The notes under the pieces: model-generated
Told to the model about the DNA's origin: nothing
Database searches by the model: none
The model's input: the letters and a program-made list of their open reading frames with translations, nothing else
Part shown: one piece after another, positions 24,652 to 34,274 of the stretch
Layout of the letters: each line of letters starts with the position of its first letter
Numbering within the stretch: the stretch's first letter is position 1
Assembly (NCBI GenBank): GCA_010909165.1
Contig: MU008165.1
Location: forward strand, 248,001 to 312,000
Length of the DNA: 64,000 bases
Source of the DNA: Anthoceros angustus
Taxonomy: Eukaryota; Plantae; Anthocerotophyta
Direction: 5' to 3'
Program-made: the position numbers and the translations under genes

Positions 24652-27642
24652 TCACGGTCGACCTTTACAACTGCAACAACCAGCTGCGAATCGATGCACA
24701 CGGAACCCATCCCTTACCACAATGTCTCTTTGTTCAAGCCTTGACATGACCTCCGTGGAACTGTGGCAGTCACTGCACATGCGTAGATTCTTCGTTACCA
24801 CCAGAGGTGTCCCACTCGGAGTGTTCAAGAGACCAAACGCCAGAGCTAGCTTCTCAGCATGCCCACAAAGCACATCTTCCTTTTCCTTCTCAGACATTGG
24901 CTTCAGCACCAACTTTGTGTGAGGTACGTGGCCTCCTTCCTGCTTCAGACGTGCATATGTGCTGTCTACCTTGAGCCCAATATCCTCTCTCCTTTCTCCC
25001 ACCAAAAATCTATGTACCTGCTTGTTCACCTCAATGGTCGCCACCGCAGGTTTCTTGTGAGCTCCTGCCACTCTTCTCCGTGTTTCAATCCTGTCTACAT
25101 CGGACCACCTGCCTGCATCTGCATAGGCATTGGCCATGAGCACATATGCAGACGCCTGCTGGGGGTCCAGCCTAACAATGCTTTCAAAACACCACAAGGC
25201 CCTCTCTATATCGCCGTGACTTCTACAGGCATTCAACAAAGACGTCAAGCCCACAACATTACTTTGGCCCTCACATAACAATAGCTTCTTCTCTGCCTCA
25301 TCTAAATGGCCGGCACGCCCAAGAAGATCAATCATGCAATTATAATGCTCAAGAGTGGGTTTGATCCCATGCTGTTCAGCCATGGAATCAAAGTGCCTGC
25401 GACCGTCGTGGACCAGTCCCCCATGACTGCATGCTACTAAAAGGCAAGTAAAAGTAACATCATTAGGCTGAATACCGGCAACTAACATATCCTCAAAACA
25501 AGCTAGTGCCTTGTGACCTTCATCGCAAGTACCATACCCAGATATCAGGGCATTCCATGTCACCACATCCTTTGTGTTCATGCTATCAAAAGCCTGGCGT
25601 GCATCTTCCAGTTCACCACATTTTGAATACATATCAACCAGGCAGTTGCCTAACACCACGTTATCCAGCAGTCCATTTTCCACAATCTGTGAGTGCAGCT
25701 GCCTGCCCTTCTGTAAGGCACCAGTGCTTCCACAGGCATTCAAAAGGCAAGCAAAAGTAACATGGTCCGACACAATCAGGCCCTCCTGCTCCATTTGTCC
25801 ATACAACAAGCGCCTCTTGGCCGAGTCCTGTGCATACCCAGCAATCAGGGCATTCCACGTCACCACATCCTTTGTGGCCATACTGTCAAAAACCTGGCGT
25901 GCTTCTTCCAGTTCACCACATTTTGCATACATGTCCACCAGGCAGGTACCCAACACTACATTATCCAACAGTCCTCTTTCAACAATCAGTGAGTGCAGCT
26001 GCCTGCCCTTCTGCAAGGCACCAGTGCTTGCACAAGCCTTCAGAAGACAAGCAAAAGTAACAGGGTTGGCCACAACCAGGCCCTCTTGCTCCATTTGTCC
26101 ATACAAAACAAGCGCGTCTTGGCCGCGTCCTTGTTGTGCATACTCAGATATCAGGGCAGTCCATGTCACCACACCCTTTGTGGCCATGTTGTCAAAAACC
26201 TGGCGTGCATGTTTCAGTTGGCCACATTTTGCATACATGTCCACCAGGCAGGTACCCAACATTACGTTATCCAGCAGTCCTCTTTTGACAATCAGTGAGT
26301 GCAGCTGCCTGCCCTTCTGTAAGGCACCAGTGCTTGCACACGCCTGCAGAAGGCCAGCAAAAGTAACATGGTCAGCCACAATCAGGCCCTCCTGCTCAAT
26401 TTGTCTAAACAGAGCAAGTGCCTCATGTCCAAGCCCTTGCTGGGCATACCCAGCTATCAGGGCATTCCATGTCACAACATCCTTTGAGGTCATGCTGTCA
26501 AAAATCTGGCGTGCATCTTTCAGTTGGCCACATTTTGCATACATGTCCACCAGGCAGTTGCCAATAAACAAGTTAGTAGGAATGCCACTCTGCACCACAT
26601 CGTAGTGCACTTTTCTGCCAGATTCCAAGTCGGCAGCAAATGCACAAGCTTGAAGGGCAGCTACAAAGACGTGAGCATCCGCCTTCACTCCTGACCTACG
26701 CATCTCATGGTACAGTTGTATGGCCTCATTAGGTTTCCCATGCTTAGCGTGCAGGATATTATGGAAGACCACATGAAGGCATCTGGTTTGCCACCCTGGT
26801 GAGCACATCCATGGCCTCCTCTAGCCTCCACATGCATACATGCGCAAGATATGGTTCCCCAAGTATGCATTCGACTCGTACCCAAGTTTGACAATGAGAT
26901 CATGAACTCGTCGCCCCACAACCAAATCCTTCTTAGCTGTACACAGTTTCAGCACAGTGTAAACAGAGACTGAGAAATGGGAGAGTCTGTGCGCCAGAGA
27001 TTCCAGGGCTCCAACGGCCTCAGAAAGCTTCCCTGCTGACATAACGTGCTCACGGTAACAGCAGTAACGACGCCATTTCCGATCCTGCACGCCTCCCAGG
27101 TTCAGGCTTATCCTGAGAGCTGGACTCGGAAGGCACCTCGGATGTGGAAGTGCTGGGCTCCACACTGCACCTGCATGCCTTCCAGGTTCAGGATTACTGG
27201 ACTAGGCACCAACCATCTGCATATCCAAGGAAATGAGCTGCTCATCAACCCAAGTTGGCTTAAACATGTTGTCTAACCACAGGACCTCGCCGGACCCCTT
27301 TCGCCGGAAGTCAGGAGAACGGGAGCTCTTCTTATCTCGTCTGTGGTCCCACCACATGGTAGGGTCCAGAAAAAATTGTTGCCACAAGTTCTCCTGCTCC
27401 TGGCAACGACCATCGCTGGAAAACCCGTCCCTACCCACCCGCTTTCTTAGAAGTGGAAGCGCTGGGCTCCTTACACTGCTGCACCTGGAGGCTTTGCTTG
27501 CCAGGGGTCGACTCCCTAAGATGAGGTTAGCAGGAGCTCTTCGTAGAATCCCTGTACACACACCAATTTGTTGGGTCCCGCCTGAAAGCCAATGACGTGC
27601 AAAGATAAGGAAAGAAGCTTCAGCCTTTGCTGTGGCCATCAT
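24652..27642 (-). CDS. PLS-class PPR protein with E1-E2-DYW:KP (GRP-type) deaminase-like domain and N-terminal PDF motif; 5' third interrupted by one TAG and several small deletions
   Basis: ORF 24652-26808 has 14 complete L/S/P motifs ending in P2-L2-S2, then E1, E2, KKPAVATIEV, HAEKLA, CSDC and a terminal CSCKGRP. Three more motifs (L, S, P) and an Arg/Ser-rich transit-peptide-like N-terminus are recoverable upstream across frameshifts at about 26770-27150. Confidence 0.9.
27235..27393 (-). other. PDF motif (OSB/PTAC9-type organellar ssDNA-binding motif)
   Basis: LWQQFFLDPTMWWDHRRDKKSSRSPDFRRKGSGEVLWLDNMFKPTWVDEQL fits the W..FF..P..WWD.R..K....PDF..K..GE.LW....P.WV..L pattern of OSB proteins. 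Confidence 0.82.
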
Positions 27643-28539
27643 TCAGGGACCGCTGTCGGAGGTGCATGGACAAGACCAGGCCGCTCACAAACTCGTCCTC
27701 GCTACGCGCAATGACCCACAGCCCCCACAGCAGTCAGGCCAGGGTTGGTGGACTGACCTGGACGGTGATTGACAGTGCCTACAAAGCTGCTGAACAGCGG
27801 GTAGTTAAGCTGTGCTCAGGACCTGGGAAATTGCTGCAGAATAGCGAGGCTGGTCCAGGACTACACCTGGAGAAAGTAGTATTGACACCTGCACACCTCA
27901 CCTGCACCTGGACCTGGACCTGGACCTGAACCTGCACCGGAGAATGTAGCATTGGCACCTGCAACCTTCTTCCACCCATGCTCATGGTTGACTTCGGGCT
28001 GCTAAGGTCAGCTGATGAAGAAGGAAGTTCTACATACCAAGTTGGACGAATTCGCAAGGAAAGCTTTGTGTCCAGTCCGATGATTTCCCGAACATGACAT
28101 CGTCTCAGCACCGCAGTTTGCCACTCTACGTCCAGGATTGGCGATGAACTCCCTCGCTTTCCCGAAGATGTTAGGGTAACGTCTGCATACTCTACTTGTC
28201 TTATCAAATTTCTGTAAAACGGATACTTATTGTAATAGTGTATACATAAAATTGGAAGACATGGGGTAGGATTTGGTTGCTGGACACCCACTTGAGTGAT
28301 GTACTTAGGTCAGGCAAGTGCTATGAGAAAACTAGTTGAGTGAAGTAGTCAGACCAGAAAAGTGCTTTGAGAAAACCAATTGCAAAAGGTCTGCGTAGAA
28401 AGAAAATTAAGAAATATCATACGAAAATTTAAGTCATAAGTAATTATAAAATTGACAAATTGAGCCGCTCTTTGGTGGAGTAAGAAGGGCTGACTTAAAT
28501 CAGCAAATCTACATATTTGGAAATATGGGATTAAGGAAA

Positions 28540-29520
28540 AAACAGAAAGATAACCTGCTGATTGATTACTTTCTACAGTATTAGATAAGCAAATTAAATT
28601 AAAAATAAAAATAAAACAATTAGCTTATTTTAGTTAAAAGAATGACAAGGATTAGCAAATTAGCATGATAAGTATTTGGGAGATTAAAAGTAAGTACCTA
28701 TTAAATGAGATGAGTGTTAGCTAGCCATTAGAATGAGTGGCTGCTAATTAAATGGAAGAGGGTTTGCTAATTTTTGTATTTTATAGGATATTTTTATTCC
28801 GCTTCATTTGGAAGATCCCGAAGGATCTCACAATAGCGAAAATAACTAGCTAGGAGGACACAAAAGGTCTTACAAGAACAGAGATTCTTGTACTACTCCT
28901 ACTTTCATGGCAAGGGGAAGCCGGCCCACAAACTAGCTCCAAAACAACATGCCTTAGGTCATGCCAATTAAGCTTGGAAGAGTCTTCCACACAAACCTCT
29001 CTTCACTCTCTCTCAACTTCCTCCTTCCGATATGCAAGCCCACTTCCATCACACAAACCTCTCTCCACTCTCCCTTGACTTCCTCCTTCTGTAATGCGAG
29101 CCCACTTCCACCACCTTCGGCTCCCGCTCCTCCTGAAGGCAACCTACAAGCCACCTCCACAACAACATGTGTCAATCATGCAGATTAACCTTGAAAGAGT
29201 CTTCCACAAAAACTTCTCTTCACTCTCCCCCCACTTCATCCTTCGGCAATGCGAGCCCACTTCCACCACCTTCTACGATCCCACTCCTTTCTCCTGCGCT
29301 CACCAACAACATTGCGCCGATAGTGGCACTACGACATTGCGCCAGCAATCCCCAACAAGATTGCGCCGGCAGTCCCCACTTCTTTCTTCAACAATTGAGC
29401 CCACTCCCACTCCTTTTCGCTCCCTCTCTTCACTCTCCATCGACTTCTTCCTTTCGTAGTGCGAGGCTACTCCCACTCCCTTCCGCTCCCTCTCTTCACT
29501 CTCCCCCGACTTCTTCCTAA
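28540..29520. repeat. Dispersed repeat family: AT-rich block plus ~130-bp monomers
   Basis: The AT-rich block resembles the units at 51000-52600. Monomer core AGGTCATGCCAATTAAGCTTGGAAGAGTCTTCCACACAAAC at 28957, with a variant at 29174. Confidence 0.7.
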
Positions 29521-30159
29521 AGGAAACCCCAATACTTTTCTATCTTAAGTTCATGTTCTGATTATATAGACTTATGTTGGGTTATTTGTTCATAATGCTA
29601 CACACTCTTATGTATCATTATAGTGTGAGATAACAGTTTTGTTTTCCTTCCTACCGCATGCCTTATGCGTGGGCACCTTACCGGAGCTCCGTTTCCCAAC
29701 GTTCCCGACCTCGGATCGCGAAGCGGAGCACACCACCGTGCTCCCAGCGCCCTTCTACTGCGTGAGGGTCACTGCTGCAACCGGTCGGTCGAAGGGTCCC
29801 TCGGGTGGCCCCACTCCTGGTGTTATATAGAGTATCGGTATGGGACCATAGCGACGAAGTGAGGAAGTGAGTGGCTTGCCCGGACGCAAACCACTCGACA
29901 AATCCCCACAGTGCCACTGCAGGACCACCCCAACAGGGAGCCCCTAGGATGTGGCATTGTCATGGTTGGAGGTGCGCGGGTGCCCACTACAACGTAAGGT
30001 GCCTTGCGCAAGGCATGTTCTGCGACTGAGGTGCCTTATCGACGCTATGCGTGTAGTGTTGGCCAGGTTGATTGCGTGCCCAGTGAGCCTTGTTTACATA
30101 CATTGGATTACAGGCGTTGCGTGTGGGTTGGCATTGGATGCGATGAAGTTCTGATGGGA

Positions 30160-30350
30160 GTAGTAACATGGATTACATGCTGATAACGTGCGTTACATGT
30201 CATGTAGTAACATGCCTTATGCGTGGGTTGGCATTGGGTTCAGTAACGTGGCTTACAGTTATCAAAGTAACATGGATTACATTATGTGCGGTAACGTGCG
30301 TGACATGTACTGAAGTAACATGCCGTAGGGTGTTATTCTGTAACGTGGCA
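30160..30350. repeat. Array of eight quasi-palindromic TAACRTG motifs, alternating A and G forms
   Basis: GTAACATG and (G/A)TAACGTG alternate at roughly 23-35 nt spacing, several followed by TTAC. Confidence 0.7.
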
Positions 30351-30549
30351 TACATGGTGTCTTGTATGCCTCTGTAATCCGTGCGATCCGGGAGAAAATT
30401 GAAATTGAATTTGAAATTGAAATTGATCAATTTCAAATCGACACTGGGGTTTTGTGTGAGGGGGGTTTTGTGTGAGGGGCGTTTGGTGTGAAGGGCGTTG
30501 CGTGTGAGGGACGTTCAGGTTATGTCGGTTTTCTGATTTGGTTGGTGCC

Positions 30550-30930
30550 GCCTTGCGTGAAGGCTCCAGGCGCTACGGTGGTTGCTGCGCCGCGCCACGG
30601 GTTTCTGAGTGCCTTGCGTGAATGCTCACACTTCAAAGGCTCGGTGGTTGCTCGCCTCGCCACGGGTTTCTGCGGTGCCTTACGGGAAGGCTCACACTTC
30701 AAGGCGGCTTTCTGGTGGTTGCTCACCGCCGTTTCTGCAGAGTGCCTTGCGTGAAGGCTGCTCACCCTTGAAGGCGGCTTTCTGGTGGTTGCCGCGCCTG
30801 CGCCCTTCTGCAGTGCCTTACACGTGAGGGCTCACCCTTGAAGGCGGCTTTAGTGGTTCTGCTGCCTCGCCACAGGTTTGTGCCTTGCGTGAAGGCTGCT
30901 CACCCTTCAAGGCGGCTTACGGTGGCCTTC
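30550..30930. repeat. Degenerate ~65-70 bp tandem repeat, about 6 copies
   Basis: Recurring GTGCCTTGCGTGAAGGCT...CTCACCCTTGAAGGCGGCTT...GGTGGTTGC. Confidence 0.85.
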
Positions 30931-31018
30931 GCCATGGTCACTCAGAAGGGAAATCGAAGGTAATATACTACTTGGGTTTGTAATATAGCTTCAGTGAAAC
31001 AAGTAAACAAATGCGCGT

Positions 31019-31833
31019 TTGATCTATGTTTGCTCACCAAGGCAAGATATGTCACGGGATGCTCTGACTTGCATGGCCGTGCGTGGTCGAGAGGTTCAAA
31101 TCTATCTTTGCGAACCTCAAGAATGTCCCACGGGATACAAGGTTGCAAAGCCGATTACTCTAGGAATGAGAGAGGCACTTCACGGAAGTGCATTCTGCAG
31201 TAACGAGCGGCCGGAAGAGGCAAAAGGCGCGGGACCTCAATCGACACATGGCCCAATACCACAAGTAAGTATACATGCGATGCGGCCTTATTGTGTATTA
31301 CGATGTGACATCACATTGTGTATTGTTAGAATGTACATAGCGAGGATTCCCACGAATCCTGTGAGATCACATGGCGGAGAAAAGCGGAAGGCTGCACACA
31401 AGAAGATGGCGGGCGGACAATTAGTGAGATTTATGAGGGAAGCGGACCATGTGAAGCAGTCCAAGGAAGATGTGAGTCTGAGCGTGCTTGGGCGGGGAAA
31501 GCAGCATTTCCAGTTGGAGTGACAGCGGTACATGTGGTCGCTTTTTTTGAGAGGTTTGTAGAGCCTGCCTTGCTAGACGAGGTAAATGGCTGGTACAGTA
31601 TCGATGGGCTTTTCCAACCTTGCCAGGCATTGCAGCGCATAATGCATCGGTACCCGGAGGCATGGATCGGGGAGACGGTGATGCAGCGCCTCCGTGATTG
31701 GGTGGACAGGGGGAAGGGTGGGGCGTCATCAGCGATTACAAGGATTACCATCCGAAGAGACATCTCGGCTGCACTTTTGTGCGGTGGTTTCATTCATGGG
31801 CCAACCATGTTGCAGTTCAAGTTCTTATTTTGA
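31019..31833 (+). pseudogene. Frameshifted ORF of unknown function inside the large repeat-rich region
   Basis: Overlapping ORFs 31019-31522 and 31519-31833 with globular-looking composition and a possible GTAAG intron near 31265. No family recognised. Confidence 0.3.
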
Positions 31834-32258
31834 AGAGTTGAGTGTTTGGCTATTCTTTCCCTCATGGAACACTTGAAAGATATGAGGCAGCGCATGAGGT
31901 TATGGGAGCAACACTTTTTCCGATGTCGAAGAGTTCAGTGTTTATTCTTTCCCATGGAACACTTCAAAGATATGAGGCAGCGCATGAGGTTATGGGAGCA
32001 ACACTTTTCTTCCAAAGATCTCAAGAGTTCCGGTCCTAAATTCACGGTAAGTATTTCTACACTGTCCCATCATTTTCATGTCCTTTCCATGTTCCAATGC
32101 CGTGGTAGTGCGTGCATAGAAGGCGAGGACATACAAGTGGATGCGCAAGTGAAGTTAATGGAAGAAAGGGCAGCTCGGAGGCACATGAGGACATGGCCGC
32201 ATGAACAATCCAACGTCATAGCGGCGTGATGAGGATGAAATAAGCAGTTCTCATCATC

Positions 32259-32343
32259 GAGGAGGAGGAGGAGGAGGAGGAGGAGGAGGAGGAGGAGGAG
32301 GAGGAGGAGGAGGAGGAGGAGGAGGGGAGGAGGAGGAGGAGGA
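32259..32343. repeat. (GAG)n microsatellite
   Basis: 22 perfect units at 32259-32324, then an interrupted continuation. Confidence 0.97.
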
Positions 32344-32369
32344 TGAGGAGGTTGGGGAGGAAGGGCGCC

Positions 32370-33135
32370 CGGCATGTACAAGGATGGGCGGTATCCATTT
32401 TCCCCCATGTGCCATGGTCGGAAGGTCTTGTATGTTTTGTGCATGTGCTCTCGAGATTATAGTCAAATATGCGTTACGGTGTGTTTCTGTTGCGATTTTA
32501 CATCGGGCGGTAATGCATCTTACAGCAATGTGTTTGTTGTGGAACTTCGACGGTAGGCTGATGTATCTTACGAAGAGGGGAGGAGGTGAAGGAGGGGAGC
32601 GGGGAGGGGTTCGAGGGGGAAAGAGGATGAGGTTCGTGGGGAGGCCGAGCCAGGAGGGACAAGGAAGGCGGGTTCCAGCATTTCCGCATGTTCAAGGCAT
32701 GGTAAGGTACTATAACGGATAGTTGTAATGTATGTTACATACATCGTTTGTTGTAGAAGTTACAGGTTTAGCTCTCATGTATATTACAGACATCTGTTTG
32801 TTGTGGAACTTAAGGCGTACTGTAATGTTTCTTACAGAAAGAGGGGAGGAGGCGAGGAGGGAGGAAGGGAGGAGGTGGGGTGGAGGAAGAGGAGGGCAGG
32901 TACAAGGAGGAGGAGGAAGCGGGGAGGAAGGGGTTGAGGTTGGGGAGGAGGAAGAGGAGCGGCAGTACAAGGATGCTGGTTCCGCATTTCCCCCATGTGG
33001 AAGCCATGATCAAAATGTATGTTTTTCCTTGCATGTGCTCACATTATCGAGTTCGTGATAATGTACGTTCTGATGTGTTTGTTATTTTACGCATAGTAAT
33101 GCATCTTACGATGTGTTTGTTATGGAACTTCTGAC
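32370..33135. repeat. Three degenerate copies of a ~180-bp block separated by G/A-rich tracts
   Basis: ...CATTT(T)CC(C/G)CATGT...GTTTGTT(G/A)TGGAACTT recurs near 32395, 32680 and 32985. Confidence 0.65.
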
Positions 33136-34274
33136 GGGAAGTTTGTGTGCAAGGTCTCGAGATGGCACTATTGGAGGAAAAAGGTGAAGCGATGTATGGT
33201 GAGTCTATGTAGTTCGGTAGCTTGGTTACAATGGCTGCCTTTATGCACGCAATTGCAATGATTAAAATTGGTTAGAATTCGAACAGGCTCATTCTTCCCA
33301 CCGACTTGTGTTGGTTGAAGGGCTATGAGGTCTTGAAGACATGGAAGTCCCTTTGTTTTATGGGTTTGAGTTGACAAGTCACATGGTTGGGGTCACTTGA
33401 CACACAACCCGCTTTCGATTTCCGTCATGTTCCTCCAAAGACAAAGACCAGTAAAATTTGCACATCTTGCACAAGATTATCTGAGACTACAACTACTGCA
33501 TCAAACAAACATAGCCAAAACGGCACATGCACAACAAAGCCTACACACATTAACAACCTCACGGGCACCGGTGATAGTGGTCTTACGGATCACAAAAGTC
33601 TCTTCCCACTATTGGTAGGAGCGCCACAACCTCTCCTCCATCTTTGCATTCGTGTCTTCAAAACTTCCGTAACATTTTCAGTTTGTATGCAGCCTTGACC
33701 TTCCGTGTGATCGAAGTCCCACAGTCGTTTGTTTTGCACCATGGTCTGCCTCCATGCCGTCATTCGTCAGCGGTGGTGGCTGGAGTCCCTGGGACTCGGC
33801 GTGAAGGGCAGTCGGATCATGAACCCTAACCCGCCCTTCCTCCTTGGCTACACCTCTCGTTGGTGGTCGGCACCTCCTTCGCCTTTTCCATTGCCGGATG
33901 ATGACCACCATGTGGACTCTTTGTTCCTTGTGAGTGTCTTGCATGAAAGAATGACGTGCGTGAGATAATTAGTGTCAAGAAGAAAGGCGGTGAGACGGAC
34001 TTTCAAAGTTTTTAGGGTTCATGGACCTCTGACCCTGAATAGCTTAGTGAGTGTGGGCATGGTTTTCCATAGTAACCCTTGGGAACTCACAGCCATGGCG
34101 CCCTCGGTGACCCCTGCAGCGTCTCCGGAAGGCGGCATGTCGTCGGGCGTTGAGGCGAGGAAGACCGGCGGTGCATCCGAGGCTAGGATACAGGCGGTGG
34201 CGGTTGCTAGCAAGGAGGATTGCCGAGGGCGGTGTCGCTTGGGGTGATCCGTCACACACCACCTACTAGAAGAA

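Noticed and set aside
27202-27204. TAG rescued by U-to-C editing (self-editing of the PPR mRNA)
   Set aside because: Attractive, but such editing is organellar and this is a nuclear gene. Nearby frameshifts would remain. Mutation or sequencing error is simpler.
27779-28291. 170-aa ORF with a QVQVQV run upstream of the PPR gene
   Set aside because: The run comes from a short hexamer repeat (GGACCT/GCACCT). No domain recognised, and no supported splice link to the PPR gene.
29985-29999. CACTACAAC as the left end of a CACTA element
   Set aside because: No matching GTAGTG terminus with TIR and 3-bp TSD was found downstream.
32216-32466. Poly-Ser, poly-Pro and poly-Leu ORFs
   Set aside because: Translations of the (GAG)n microsatellite.
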